Shown one piece after another: positions 1 through 14,296 of a stretch of DNA of 64,000 bases. The position numbers and the translations under genes were made by a program. The stretch is taken from positions 32,798,001 through 32,862,000 of the forward strand of contig NC_043012.1 of the NCBI RefSeq assembly GCF_006345805.1, given 5' to 3'. The notes beneath the pieces were generated by a model that worked only from the letters and a program-made list of their open reading frames with translations, ran no database searches and had not been told where the DNA came from. The DNA is from Octopus sinensis (taxonomy: Eukaryota). Each line of letters opens with the position of its first letter. Positions within the stretch are counted from its first letter, which is position 1.

Positions 1-2611
1 ACAACTGCCATTAAATTCATTTATGCCTTGCAGAGTTTACATTATTGAGTTTATATCAGAAAGGAGTGAACTTAAGTGTCAGTCATTTAATTTAAGTACT
101 GGCATTTATATTTATTATGTTTCTGATAAATAAATTGTTAACTGTCTTCCAGCACTTCTTTAGCTACACTTAGGCTTTGTAGAATCAATAGTATTTTTCT
201 ATTAGAATATGAAGAATTCATTGTATTTGAGAAGTATGAACTTGTTAGCAAAGCACTGCTTCAATAAAACATTTTCAAGCTTAGCAAAATTCATAAGTTA
301 GATCTGTCAGTTCACTTATTCTATTGTTTCACACTGATGGTAGTTGTAACGGTGTATGCAGGGAAAACAAATTCTTTTATTGTAGAGAAGTGTTCACTAT
401 AGCTTCTGAAAATATATAAGCACTTGAAATATTTCTTGCACTGAGACTATGTATTCTCTACACATTAATATTATTACAACTGACTAAACATTAAAGTTTT
501 CTATTCCTTCAGACATTCTATTTTAGTGAGTCCACTGCCACTCTCAGCTGCCTGTCATTCTCAATTCTATTAAATATATTTTACACTGATTATATCTCCT
601 GTGTTCGTGGCAAGAATTTATTTTGACTCAACTTCACTTTGCATAAAGTAATGTTTACATTTTCTCACACTTCGAATATTTCTGTATTTTACAATATTTA
701 AGGAAATAATTTGTAGTCACTTCATGCATGTAATGCACCATGACTGCCCCAGCTTCATGCAGAGTTACTCTAAGAATTAACCAAAAGACAAGATATTGTC
801 AATGTATTCTAAAGTGTAACCTCCCTTGCAAACCTCTGTATATCTTGTTTCTTTGCAATACATCATCAATACTGAAATCTTGGTGAAACTTGTACATGGT
901 GTGTGGAGGGTGGTGGTAATGCTGCCCAATAAATATTATTTATGTTCTTTAATACCATTGGTGTCATGGGCTTCACATCTGACTGGCTTGTTTCACAGGT
1001 CACATAAAATAGATCAAAATTGTTTTGTAATGTTTTCCCCATTCAATTTACTATCAAAGAAAGTCTATTCATTTTGTTGTCACTTTTTAAAAATGGATTT
1101 AGTTTCTTTTTGTTACCAGTACATAGTTTTGAATTTGTACTCTTTTCAGAATTTATTTATAGATGTTTTACTTCGACATTTTGCACTTGAGTTTGAAATG
1201 AATCATTAATGCATAGATTATTTTAGAACTATACGCCTGAGTAATATTTTAATGGTTGACGGGAACTGTACAAACTGGTCTCCTGTATCAAAATAGTTTA
1301 ACATTTTTGCCATTTATTTATTATGGGTAAATTATTTATTATGGTAAATGACTAATAAAGTAAGAATTATCTACTTTGAGTTAAATCTGATGACAATTTA
1401 GAATTAACAATTTTTCTTTCCTCTGTCTTCCTGATTGAAAGTGAAATAGTGTTTCAAAATATATCAATGCTTATTAAGCTCTTGAATTGTTTTGCTTTAA
1501 GAGTATCTGAAATAACCAAAATAAGAGGAAATCATTTTTAAAATATGAGAAATAAGTTGTGAATTTGTTTTAATCTCTAAACTAGTCAATTAGCTAGGTT
1601 AAAATCACTAGATTTTATTCACTTTTGTTATGTTTTAGTGTTACTTTGAGGGTTATTTTTAAAATGTGTCTGCATTTAGCTAAAATTCTATATCAAAGTG
1701 AAAACAGAAATAAGTAGATTTCCATTTCACTAAAAGATTTAGTCTATAGACTCTGGTGGTTTGTTGTTTTTTTCGTTTCTTTATACAACACTGTTATGTT
1801 TCAATGAATTGATTTGATCAATAAACAGACGAGTAGCAATCTAAACAAACTAATGAGTTTTATGTTTGCTTTTAGTATTTAGTAAAGGATGCTTCAGAAT
1901 ATATTGTTTACATGACAACTATTTCATCATCATATTGGTTTTATGTCAGAAGGGTCTACCGTATCACATCTTTACAGTATGTGCTGTATTTGTATCAATA
2001 CCAATCTTTTGAGTTATATTGTGAGTTCTTATTCTTTCTTTGGTCAACTTTGGCCTCAGGTACTATTAAAGATGAATTTGCAGTACTTTATATTGATCCA
2101 CTAAATCACATGTCAAAAGCATTACAATTATTGCCACTCTAACATTTCTTTCTCATTCATGCACTTGCCTCACATATCCAGTTGTTTCTTCCTGAAAAAT
2201 AGTCTACACTTTATTCTGTTGCTACTCAAATTTCAGTACCATTATTAATCGATTGCTTACCAAACCTACAGTGTAGTAACAATGACCTGGGTCAGAATGA
2301 TCAATTAAAAAATGTCTAACCAATACTTTTTTTTTTATTGTTGTTTTAATTATTTAATTGTACGTCTTCCTTGGTTACAACTTTTGATGTTTGCTTATTT
2401 TATTTTAATCCCTTTGTTTTGTTTTTCTTTCATATATCCTACAATATTTTAATTTCACCTCATTCACGGCAGCAATTCACATCAGTTCACTGTAGCACTA
2501 GTTGTATTTTAAATTGGTGATATCATCTCACTATACAGTGTGTTCCTTTGATTGTAAAATATTGTCTCTTAAGAAGCAAACTACATGAAATTGGAAGAAC
2601 AGTTATAAAAA

Positions 2612-2828
2612 TTAACTCTTTGGCATTTAAACAGCTGTATCCCAAATATTCTACGTGTTTTTTGTTTAAACTGGCCAGATCTGACCTGTCACACCTATCT
2701 TACAATGTCATTCTAAACGTAAACAGTCATGTCATTGAAATCTTGAAGCTTCAAGATAATGCATGATGAATTCAAAACCATGAATAAACTTTACATTTGA
2801 CAAAATAATCTGAATGCTAAAGGGTTGA
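2612..2828 (-). mobile_element. TTAA MITE family 1 copy
   Basis: Reverse-oriented match to 25381-25588; ends ctgaatgctaaagggttga. Confidence 0.72.
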
Positions 2829-3020
2829 AGTTATTGTTTGTCTTCTGTTATTCTTTCAAACATGGTTGCATAGGTCAGACATAACAGGATGTCCTTCCAG
2901 TTGCCAACCCTCACCTGTCTCCAAGCGAAGCAATATTCGTTTTGGCCAGACATGTTTTTACACAACATTGGAAATATTGGCATCATATGGCAGTTACAAT
3001 TGAGAGTCACTATCTTGCAA

Positions 3021-3021
3021 C

Positions 3022-3117
<96 letters not shown>
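3021..3117. repeat. (CT)n-(CA)n compound microsatellite (other large AT/GT arrays ~26815-26925, 52855-52995, 54808-55037, 59380-59620, 63644-63711)
   Basis: Direct inspection. Confidence 0.95.
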
Positions 3118-3119
<2 letters not shown>

Positions 3120-3289
3120 CATGGGCTGAATCCAAACTACATGATTGGGAAGTAAACTCTTTTAGTCATGCCTGCACATCTGGGAAAGCAATGTAGATGT
3201 GAATTTTCGAAGTTTAATGCAATGGAATATATTGAACTCTGATAATTATGGCTATTATTTCTTGTGCCTAAGCAATATCTCAAGAAGTC

Positions 3290-3548
3290 AAGCAGGCAAT
3301 GACAAATGACCGAGGCTTTTGGCAATATGCTGTGCTTGAGTAGAAGACCCATGAAATCAAGCAAAATAGTTGTGGCAGATATTGGTGTCATGCATCCATT
3401 AAACTTTTGGAATGGTTGGTGTTAGGAAGGGTATCCAGCCGTTGAAACCATGCTAAATCAGACTGGAGTCTGGTGTAGCCCCTCAGCTTACCAACCCTGG
3501 TCTAACGGTCCAGCTCATGTCAACATGGACAACAGACAAATGATGATC
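3290..3548 (+). mobile_element. RTE-tail short element (other copies ~4530-4725, 5440-5575, 6215-6395(-), 7585-7790(-), 10700-10820, 12420-12660, 19190-19350, 21020-21240(-), 26240-26487, 28420-28517, 36720-36880(-), 53400-53665, 55060-55250(-), 58230-58445)
   Basis: Recurrent block gtggttggcattaggaagggcatccagctgtagaaac...ccaacccatgctagcatgg...gttaaatgatgatgat, shared with the end of the 55370-56629 LINE. Confidence 0.8.
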
Positions 3549-3707
3549 ATGTGTGTGTGAATACATCTCTTACATGCATTTGTATATGTGTATGTATACA
3601 TATGTGTGAATATATATATCTATACATGCATGTGTATGTATGTATGTATGTATGTGTGTGTGTTTGTATGTTGATGATGATGCATATAACACATATTTTA
3701 TATAGGT

Positions 3708-4049
3708 GCAGGAGTGGCTGTGTTAAGAAGCTTGCTTCCCAACCACATGGTTCTAGGTTCAGTTCCACTGTGTGGCACCTTGGACAAATGTCTTCAACTA
3801 TAGCCTTTGGCTGACCAAAGTGTTGTGAATGGATTTGGTAGATGGAAACTGAAAGAAGCCAATCATATATATGTATGTGTTTGTGTGTTTGTATTTACAT
3901 CCTCATAACTTAGCAGTTTGGCAAAAGGAACCGATAGAATAAGTACTAGGGTTACAAAGAATAAGTTCTGGGGTCAGTTTGTTTGACTAAAGGTGGTGCT
4001 CCAGCATGGCCGCAGTCAAATGACTGAAACTAGTAAATGAATAAAAGTA
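3708..4049 (+). mobile_element. tRNA-head SINE family A, near full length
   Basis: ggctgtg..aagaagcttgcttcccaaccacatggttctaggttcagttccactg...gaaactgaaagaagcc...ccagcatggccgcagtc...gaaac tail; repeated many times in the window. Confidence 0.8.
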
Positions 4050-5115
4050 TACATATGCAACACATACACATGTGTACGCAGAACATATCATTATTATCAT
4101 TGTTTTAATCTCCACTTTTCCGTGCTTGTATAGATCAGATGGAATTCATCAATTTGTTAGCATTTAAACCAGCCGTATCTGGCCCAAATATTCTGCCTGT
4201 TTTATGTTCAAACTGTCAAGATCTGGCCTCTCACACCTACCCTACAATATCCTTCTAAAAATATGCAATCACATCATCAAAATCTCAAAGCTACAAGATA
4301 ATGCATGTTTCATACCCTTACTGCTACAAACACTCATCTTTTTCCAAGTGAGGTAATATTTCTTTGTGACTGGGCATATTTTTGTGAAAGATTGGAGATG
4401 GATACTGCTTCTGTGATGGTGGCACTTGTTTATAGCTATCACACACACTGTCAAGACCGAATGAAACAGACATACAGGCACCATCATTTTAGCATCCACT
4501 TTGCAAGAGCCATGTGTGGGCACTGTGTAAAAAGCACCTGTGCTGGCACCACATAATAATAATACGCATGCTGGTTCTACGTTAAGAGCACCCAGCACAC
4601 ACTGTAAAGTGGTTGATGTTAGGAAGGGTGTCCAGCTGTAGAAACCAAGCCAAATCAGACCGGAACCTGGTGCAGTTCTTCTGTTTGCCAGCAAAGAAAA
4701 CAGGCATTAAATGATGATGATGATTTCCTATTTTCCTATGCCCTGCTGCTCTTCTTGTCAATCTCACCTGTCTCCAAAAAATGTTAATGTATCCCTTAAT
4801 CCTTCAGAACGACTCATACCTCAGTGGCCAAACATGCTTTTGTAAAGGAGTGCAAATGAATAACACTGTATGACAGGAGCTTTTGTTTATAGCATACTCA
4901 AGTCAGCACAGGGGAACACACACACACACCACACACACACACAATAGGCCTTTTCCAGTTTCTGTCTTCTATATTTCATTCACAAGATATTGGTCAGTTT
5001 GTCCTGTTGTAGAAGACATCAGCCAACAGTGTTCATAGAGTAGAAACAAACCTGCACTTATATCATGCCTATGTAAATATATACATGCTCTGTGTGTATG
5101 TGAATGAATATATAT

Positions 5116-5146
<31 letters not shown>

Positions 5147-5308
5147 GGGAGGCATGGCTGCTTGGTTAGATGTTTGCTTTCTAATGACACAGTCTCGGGT
5201 TCAGTCCAACTCTATGGTACTTTGGGCAGGTGTCTTCTATCAAACTGACCAAATCCTTGTGAGTGAATTTGGTCAACAGAAACTGAAAGAAGCTCATTGT
5301 ATGTGTGT

Positions 5309-5350
<42 letters not shown>

Positions 5351-5640
5351 AGTGTCTCCATACTTTGACTTCAAGCAAATGTCATTGTCATGGAAACTAC
5401 CTTTCATTTACAATCGTCCATGAAAACATGAGGCCATGGAGAATATCACCTTACTTGGAAGCAGGTGAAGGTTGTCAATAAAAAGGGCATTCAGCTGTTG
5501 AAAGATCTGCTCCAACAAGCCCCCATCCAACCCCATGCAATCATTGGAAAAGTGGACATTAAATGAGGATGATATATATTTGAATTTGTTTATGCTCTTG
5601 ATAGAAGTGTTCTAGATTTTTCCCTTATTTTATTTTTCAG

Positions 5641-5776
5641 GAGCCAGATTGCGCAGTCCAAAAGCAGTCTCGAAGCTGCTGCTGAGGCTGCAGCCAAAGT
5701 TAATGCTATGCTTATTGCTAAAGGAAAATTAAAGCCCTCTCAACTAGTGCAGCCAGTTGTGAATGCTAAATCTAAG
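5641..5776 (+). CDS. KHDC4: KHDC4/BLOM7 internal coding exon A (136 nt; starts with 1 nt completing an upstream codon)
   Basis: Acceptor tattttatttttcag, donor AAG|gtaaga. Translates [45 protein letters not shown], matching the [21 protein letters not shown] motif I recall for vertebrate KHDC4. Confidence 0.92.
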
Positions 5777-6613
5777 GTAAGATAGATAGTTTATTAGTTT
5801 TACTTTATAAATTCACTGCAGTCAGTCACTTATTCTTTGTGTGTATGTAGGTGTTAATATACATACCAATATATGTTAAGGCTGGCAGAATCATTAGCAT
5901 GCTGAGCGAAATGCTTGCAGCATTTCTTCTGTCTTTACGTCCTGGGTTCAAATGCCATCAGGGTTGACTTTGTCTTTAATCCTTTTGGGGGTTGATAAAA
6001 TCTTTTTCTACTCTAGGCACAAGGCCCGAAATTTTGGGGGCGAGGACCAGTCGATTAGATTGAGCCCAGTGCGTAACTGGTACTTAATTTATCGACCTCG
6101 AATGGATGAAAGGCAAAGTCGACCTCGGCGGAATTTGAACTCAGAACGTAAAATCAGTACCAGTTGAGTACTTTGCTGCTCCCCTGAAATACTAGCCTTG
6201 TGCCAAAATTTGAACCAGACTTTTGTGTCTGTTTTGGCATAGTTTTCATGGCTGGATGCCCTTCCTCACACCAACTGCCCTGCACGAGTGCTTTTCACGT
6301 GGCACCAGCTATGGCAAGGTTTTACAGCTTAATACCCTTCCAAATGCCAACCACTTCAGTGCAGACTGGATGCTTTTTATGTGGTATCAACACGAACCAA
6401 TATATATTAATATATATATTAATATATCTATATATGTCTGTACGTATAAGCATTTCACTGAAGTGAATGTCCTCAAAAAGAAATAAATGGAAAATATTGG
6501 TAATAATTGTTTGCATGCACAATCAGTTTGTTGCAAATTTCTTTTCTTTTTCAGTTAAAAATTACCAGAATGATTTTTAGTTAATTTACCAGTTGGTTGT
6601 GATGAGTATCTGT

Positions 6614-6838
6614 CTAACTCTTTACCATCAGATTAATCTGTCTAATGTAATGTTTATTTATTCACATTGTTTTGAATTAATCATGTATCATCATGTAGCT
6701 TTGAGCTTTTGTTGGTGTGGTTGTTTATTTTTTTAAATGACATAGGGTAGGTACGAGAGATGGGACCCAGGTGGTTTGAACATAAAACAGGTAGAATATT
6801 TAGGCTGGATATGATTGGTTTAAATGCTGAAGTGTTAA
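6614..6838 (+). mobile_element. TTAA MITE family 1 copy
   Basis: Same internal blocks; ends taaatgctgaagtgttaa. Confidence 0.7.
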
Positions 6839-7849
6839 TATAGAATTGTCTTTGCCAAAATATTGGCACTGACAAAAACATACTAGCTTTGCTCATCTTT
6901 GTAACATTAATAATCAGCGCAAATATTAGCATTTATGATTTGTAATTATATCAGTTCTAATCAATTCTAAAAATAAAAATGCCTTTTCTCTTATTACTAC
7001 CAATAACGATTTGTCTATGAATGAAATTTTCCATCACTCAGAATTGTTCCTTTATGCAAGCCTTTTGGAAATGAATTAATCAGCTGTTTAAATAGTACAT
7101 TTTTCACTCTCTATCCACCTTGTATCTTGTGGGGCATACCCTGATATCTCATCTCTACCACACTTTCTCTCTTTCCTACTGGGGTACTCATGTATCTCCT
7201 CCACAGCCAGATAGATACCTGTTACGTGGTATGGAGAGGTGCACACACATATAGACAGACATATGTACATGCACACACACACACACACACACCTTTCTGT
7301 TTCTATCTACCAAATCCTTTCACAGAGCTTTGGTCAGCCCAGGGCTATTGTAAAAAACTTGTCCAAGGTTCTGTGTAGTAGGATTGAACTAAAAAACTAC
7401 ATAGTCTCTCATTCATGGCTGTTGGACAGCTATTGACCCTTCAGGGTGTCCAACAAAACTATCCTCCTTAAGAAACAGGCTTGGTAGGGTTTTACTGTTT
7501 AGTCCTTGATGGCTTGACCATGTGACAGTTGTACAGGTTTACATGTTATTAGAAGCTCTTAAGAGTGACCACACACACATATCCATCCAGCTATAAATCA
7601 ATCAATCATTTTACATGCATTTTTCCTTGCTGGCATGATTTGGGCAGTTCCACAGGATCCAATTGGTTGGAGAACCATGTCATGCTCCAGGGCCTCAGTT
7701 TTGGCATGGTTTCTGTAAGTAGATACCTTCTAATACCACCCACTTTACAGAGTGAATTGGATACATTATTTTTGTGGTATCAGGACTATAGAAATTGTCC
7801 TGCCATTAATGAGATTAGAGAATCTTCTCAAACTATACACTGTCCCTGC

Positions 7850-8077
7850 TTAACCCTCATTACCAACCCGGCTGAAACCGGCTCTGGCTCAGTGGTACAA
7901 ATGTTTTGTTTTCATAAGTTTTGAATTAAAATCTTCCACCAAACCTTTGCCACAATTTATATTCCTAATACTAGCTTAATGATAACTGAGTTATTTTACT
8001 AAATTCTTTGTTATATTTAAAATTAATTGAAAGAAACACAGAGCTTCTCAAAATAAATACAGTAACAAAAGGGTTAA
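7850..8077 (+). mobile_element. TTAA-flanked MITE family 2
   Basis: ttaa-ccctcattacc...gtaacaaaaggg-ttaa; near-identical to 40037-40259. Confidence 0.8.
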
Positions 8078-9815
8078 GAGTGTACTAAGTGTACCTTTGT
8101 GGTACCAGTACTGCTGAGAATTACCTTGTAAGACTAAAGCTAGATCTTTATGATGGATGGAACAGACTTATTGTTGATTTTCCTGCTTCACTTGGTGGTT
8201 ACTCTGGGCCTGAAGTTAATCTTTGGCAGTAACTAAAGTTCAAGAAAACAGGAATTGATATTTAGTTATGGCATTGAAACTTATGTTCTACAAATGTAAA
8301 ACTGTTAATGTAGTTTACCATTTTAAAAACTTGCTGTGTTATATTATTTCCTGCTTGCAGTAAGTATTTGGCAAGGCATAGGTTCCTCAATAGCAAATAA
8401 ATAACCTTGTAAACCTCTGGGTGATCACTCAACCAGCTTTAAATAATTGATTGGAGATACCTGAGATAATGTAGTCATAGACAACCTATAAAAGATTGAT
8501 AGTAATGGGTGGGATTTATTTATCTTAGCCAGGATTGACCTCGGGCCAAACAACCAAAGTAACAAAAATATTAATCTCCTACAATAAATATTGACCAATC
8601 CCCATAATTCTGATTTTTTTTTTTTCATTATTACAGAAAAATCTGTATAATGTCTGAAGGATATATATTTCAGGTAAATTAAAATACTCAATCATTTAAC
8701 TACAATACTCCTCTGTAAATAGGATTTCCTGTTAATCCCTGGTAGGGATTTTAGATGTAGACAAAATAACTCTAAGACTGAACAAACTGGATTAAAAAAA
8801 AAACTCCCACACTCAACACTGTTATATTACTTTCCTCTACCTATGTATTGTGTGCTTATGTCTGTGTATGCTGTGTGTCATGTGCACACACACACACACG
8901 TACCCATGCACAAATGTGTATATAGCAACTGACTGACTGCTGGTTATGTTGTTAGTGGTGGTGTAGAGCTAGTGTTCAATGTGTGCATTTCTTTCCTTTT
9001 TTGTTTACATTCATTGCTTTAACAGTATGATCTTTCAGCTGCATCCAACCCATTCTAAACCAGAAGCCATTATACAACAGAATTGCTCTGTTTACCAATC
9101 CATGGTAAATTTAAAAACACACAACAAAGTAACTATTTATGTATCAATGAAGGAACCCCTATGTTGATACTTGACCTGTTACAAATAGTTATCAAAATCT
9201 CCCTGAAAACACACTCTTTTGTCGTTAGAAAAATGGATAGCACATTCAACATTGCAGTCCTAAGTGTGTGTGTGTGTGTGACATTCCTCAACAAGAGATT
9301 GGTTAGTAAAATAGCTTTTTGCAGTTGAGGGCAAGAAATTTTGAGTGGACATATCTGATTTCCATTGTAAGAGAGTTAATTCTTTTCATGTTAGCATGGG
9401 TTTAGATGAGAAAGTTGGACATTAAATGATGATATCGATGCTCTTCCTTACCCGCTTTTCAAGTAAAGGATTTTTTTTTTTCATTTTTGAAGTCCTTCAA
9501 AAGTACAGTGACTAGGCCGTGTTAAGGTTTGTAAATATAATTCAAGATTTCACTCAAGCAAAGCTGTGACATGTCAGCATTCATGTACTGTCACACCCTT
9601 GTGTCACATAAAATGATAGTACTTTTTCAATTATAATGTTACTTTGTAAATTAAAATCAAGCGACTTTTAATATTCAAATTTTATCCTTAGCTGCAATAT
9701 TTTAAGTTCAACTTTTCTTGTTCTGTTCTTTACCAGATGTAATAACTTGTCCTGTAATTTTCCAGGTTTATAATCTTAAGAATATTTTTTCTCTTGCTCA
9801 CATTTTCCCATGTAA

Positions 9816-9847
<32 letters not shown>

Positions 9848-9849
9848 AC

Positions 9850-10297
9850 AGTATGAGTATAGTTGAAATGCCTTTCATCATGACAAATTGACCTTTCCTC
9901 ATCATATAAGACTTATATCTGATATCTTCATGGACAATATTTCTGACTGTTCCTTCTGACACATGGAGATCTTTTGCAATTGACCTCCTGAACTTTCTGG
10001 GATTGTAATCAATGGTCTGTTGAACTTGCTTTGATACTGGTGATATTGTTACCATCTTCAGTCTCTAGCTCCTTACAAACTTTGTAGACGAAAGATCTGG
10101 CAACTTTTAAAAATCGAGATATTTCTAAATTGCTATGCTCATCCTTTATAACCACAATAACAAACATGCTTCTTCATTTCTTGAGTTAGCTGAGGGTCTG
10201 CCATTATCATTTTTTGAAACAAAGATTATACAGAGTTACCAAAAAAATGCAGCAATGACCCAAAAAAGGTATGTCCTCAAATACCTTATGCACCCTG
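9850..10297 (-). pseudogene. 5' end of a Tc1/mariner-superfamily (maT/Tc3-like) transposon with HTH region
   Basis: Minus strand starts (a)cagggtgcat, a CAGGGTG-type TIR. Peptides SNLEISRFLKVARSFVYKVCKEL and NPRKFRRSIAKDLHVSEGTVRNIVHEDIRYKSYMMRKGQF. Confidence 0.75.
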
Positions 10298-13200
10298 TTT
10301 ATGTCTGCAAAGGCCATATATCACACTACACAAATGTGTGTATGTATGTGGAAATGTAAAAGAAAATGCATAAACAACCCAAAGAAACCAAAGTTACAAC
10401 CCAATTCTCCTCTGGAATGTTCTGAAATAAATACAGCAATTAAAACTGCTATGTATTTTTCATTTTGAATTAAAAGTTAAATCCAGACAACTACACAAAT
10501 GAATTAATTTCTTTCTTTTGCTTTCCCATGGCCAAATTCTGATTTTAAGCTATGTCCAAAGTTAAAAATTTAAGGGGATTGTGTCAAAAACAATGGAAAT
10601 GGATCTTTTGCAGAGAATATTGTGTATATAAAGATCTTGTGCAGATTAGACTCATTATATAAATTTGTGGGAACATCTGTGTTTGTATCCTACCAGAAGC
10701 TTACAGCCACTCTATTTTCCTCTATCTGTCCGGTGCAGCCCTCTGGTTCACCAGCCCTCAGTCAGAATCGTCCAACCCATGCTAGCATGGAAAGCAGGCG
10801 TTAAACGATGATGATGATGTCCATATGATTTTGTGTGTGCATACATTTACCACTTTCCATCTCTTTATTACTAATTAATAAAGCAGTTACCTGTAAGTGT
10901 AAGCATGTGTGTGTTGGAGTCAGAAAGAGGGAAAAAACAGGTAGTGAGAACAAGAGAAAAAGGGAGACATGCTGGCAATTGTAATTAGACAGGGAAAGCA
11001 AGAGAAAACAGAGCAAGAAAAAGGGGAGAGAGACAGACATGTGTTTAATGAGTAGTTGTTAACAAATAGTTAAGATCAGAGAAATTGGATTTAAACACAT
11101 TTATATACACAGGCAGACATGTATAGAAGAGAAAGGTAGAAAGGGGAGGATGTAAAACAAGTGGTTCACTTTCTTGGTGTTCTCAATTCAAATGAAGACT
11201 GTACGTAAATATAAGCATATGCACTTAATTGCTGCTCTGTTGTGCAGCTCCATGCTGTCAAGTCTCAGTTATCCGTGCAACACTAGCTACTTACTTCTGG
11301 TATTATATGTACACACACACACACACATGCATCCACATAACTTTGTTATCTATACACTGTGTGTGTGTGTGTGTACACGTTTATGTATTTGTTTTTTTAA
11401 GATTCCTGATGTGAAATCATGTGTTGAAACAGATATTGTTATATTTGTGGACAGTTATATTTTTGCCAATTATATAAAATTTCTAATACAAGAAGATGGA
11501 GTGAACATCCTTTACTCCAAATCACAACAATTGTTTCTGTGCATTAGTAACAGCTGTTCGTTGCTGAATTTTCCATTTATACATATTGTTGTATAAATAT
11601 GATCCTGCAATAGCTGTGTACTCACACCAGACATGTGGGAGTGAAAATCAAGGGTCCAACCTAGTGCTATGAAGCATGAGGAATCCTGCTCTCTGATGGC
11701 ATATGGTAGCCAATAACTGTATAGGAGCTTTGAAAATGCATATTATAAGGTTATTCCCCAGATGATATTTTATATATATATATATATATATAGCTGCAGG
11801 CATGTCTGTGTGGTAAAGAAGTTCACTACTTAACCATGCAGTTTTGAGTTCCCTTCTACCCATTTTATCTTGTGATGCATTGGGTAAGTGGCAGACAGAA
11901 ACTGTGCAAAAGCCTGATGTGTGTGTAGGTGTAGGAATGACTGTTGTTTAGAAGCATACTTGCCAACCATGTGGTCTCAGGTTCAGTTCCACTGTATTTG
12001 ACGTTCTCTCAGAGTTTCTAAATTCTTTTGATGTATATATACCCACCTCCCAGCCACTCCAGTTTCTCTCACTATCATTGACTATAATTGTGTCCTCCTC
12101 ATCTCTAAACATCTCTTCCCACACTCTTATAGAACATGTCCCTCTATTCCCTCTGTACTACATATACCCCACTCCACGGATCCCTGCAGGTAGACCCCAA
12201 TACATCTCCAACACCATCTGTTTCTCTCTCTCTCTCTGATTGTCTTTATCTTTTTCTCTAACTCTCCCCTTCCTTTCCTTCCTTGTCCTATTGGAGTAGC
12301 CAAGTATCTACTCTACAGTAAGATAACTCTGTCCTTCTATTGTACTCTAACCTCTTACTTGGCTCACAGCCACTTTCTTTGATTCCACTCCTTCTCTCAG
12401 CTGAGAGGTCTTTTGTCATGTAAGCTACTTGGCAACCATGGTGCTGGTGCCACATAAGAAGCACTCGTGTTGGTCTCACATAAGAAGCACTCGTGTTGGT
12501 CTCACATAAGAAGCATCTGTGCTGATGCCACATAAGCACCCAGCACATTCTGTAAAGTGGTTGGCATTAGGAAAGGCATCCAGCCTTCTGGTTTGCCAGC
12601 TCCTGTCAAACTCATGTCAGCATGGAAAATGGCATTAAGTGCTGATGATGATGATGATACACACGTGTATTTGTACATATGTATGTATGGCCTACTGATT
12701 CCGACCAAAGTCTGTATCTGGCTTTAATATTGTTATTCTAATAGACCCACTTCCTTTGACCTATCAATCAATCCAAGGTTGAGTGCTTTCGCTGCAGGCA
12801 CAGCTTTTAGGTATTTATACTTACATTAGTTCAGAACATTACAATTTGCAGCAGCTACAACCTTTTGTGCAACCCACTTTGTTGACTTCAAATGAATACT
12901 ACTATTTTCTTTCATATATGATTTTCTTCCCAACTACTTTTCTATTAATAGGATTTCTAATCTCTGAGCATTATTGGAGAACTAGTGACCTTAAACATAT
13001 TGAGAGAGAATGGCAGAAAAGTTGTGTAACAATTTTTTTTAATGACTAAGTAATTTCTAACTAGTAGTACCCATGGTTATTCTATGATATTTTGAAACTA
13101 AGTTGGCTGGAAGTTTATAGAAAAACTATGAAATATAAGTCACAGGTTATACCATGCTGAAGATTTCTAAAAAGGATGAAACAGTGCCATACATGATTAC

Positions 13201-13899
13201 CAATGAGGAGAAATTTTTAAAACTTCACATTAAATAAAAAAAAAAATTAAAAAAAGAAGGAAAGAAAGAAGTGAATTCTGATTAATATTGGGATGAAATG
13301 ATTATCTCTCTATCAAGAAATAAACAATCTTAACTACAGAACAAAATTGAAGCTGTAATCTATCCATTGTATTATTCTACTAGTGTGTAACTAAGTTGGT
13401 AAAGGTTTCAACAAATCTTAATACACTGTATTACATTTTTATTTTCAAAAGAAAGGAATGTTCTTATGGCTAGGCTTGAACCCAGTTCTCATGAACGACA
13501 TTGCTGCTCCACTGAGCTATGGATTCTGGAAAACGTATCAGTAATGCCGGTGCAATCATATCTTTATGGTTAAAAAGTTTACTTTGCAACCATGGGGTCC
13601 TGAATTTAATCCCACTGTGTAGTACCGTGGGTAAGTGTTCTCTTCTATAGCATTTGAGTGAAATTTTGTAAGCAAACACAGTATAGAACTCTATTGTGTG
13701 TGTTTATACCACTTAACTGCAGTGATGCTGTTGAACTGTTACATTAACTGTTCAGCTGTGACACACATTGATAAAATAATTACTTAATAATTACTGAGGT
13801 TGATATGCTATGCTCAACTAAACTCTTGAATACAGTACCCCAGCAAGGCTGCAATGCAGGAACTGGTGAAAGACTAAATGAATAAAAGGATATATATAT

Positions 13900-14240
13900 A
13901 TATAGGGAGATTTTACGAAAAAAAAAACAAAAGACGAAGACAGGTGGTGTACAAAACAAACAAATGTATTAGTATAACACTCAGGAATAGAAAAAGTCTT
14001 TTATGTTTCGAGCCTACGCTCTTCTACAGAAAGGGACACAGAAAAAAACAAGGAGAGAAAAAAATGTGTGTGGTGGCTAACGATCTATCATGGCAACTGG
14101 TTCCTGGACAGAAGGGTCACACAAGAGAGCGAAGAAGTAGGGGAGATAGCAAAATAAAGACGACCCCCAACACGAAGTTCCGTTTGTGTATAAGAGAGTA
14201 TGTATGTGCATGTGAAAGAGGGCTGATGGTCTGAATGTGT
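13900..14240 (-). mobile_element. Short interspersed element with variant hammerhead-like core, between (AT)n runs
   Basis: Minus strand 14037-13996 reads gtcccttt-CTGTAGA-A-GAGC gtag GCTC-GAAAC-ATA-aaagac. Element boundaries are estimated. Confidence 0.5.
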
Positions 14241-14245
14241 GCTTG

Positions 14246-14296
<51 letters not shown>

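Noticed and set aside
826-1209. 127-aa + strand ORF as the missing first KHDC4 exon
   Set aside because: TTG start, AT-rich intron-like composition, no KHDC4 N-terminal motif (RRSKWD-like) and no promoter-like context.
13150-13195. CTGAAGA...GAAAC spacing suggestive of a hammerhead
   Set aside because: No stem I partner, and the would-be cleavage position is G; likely chance.
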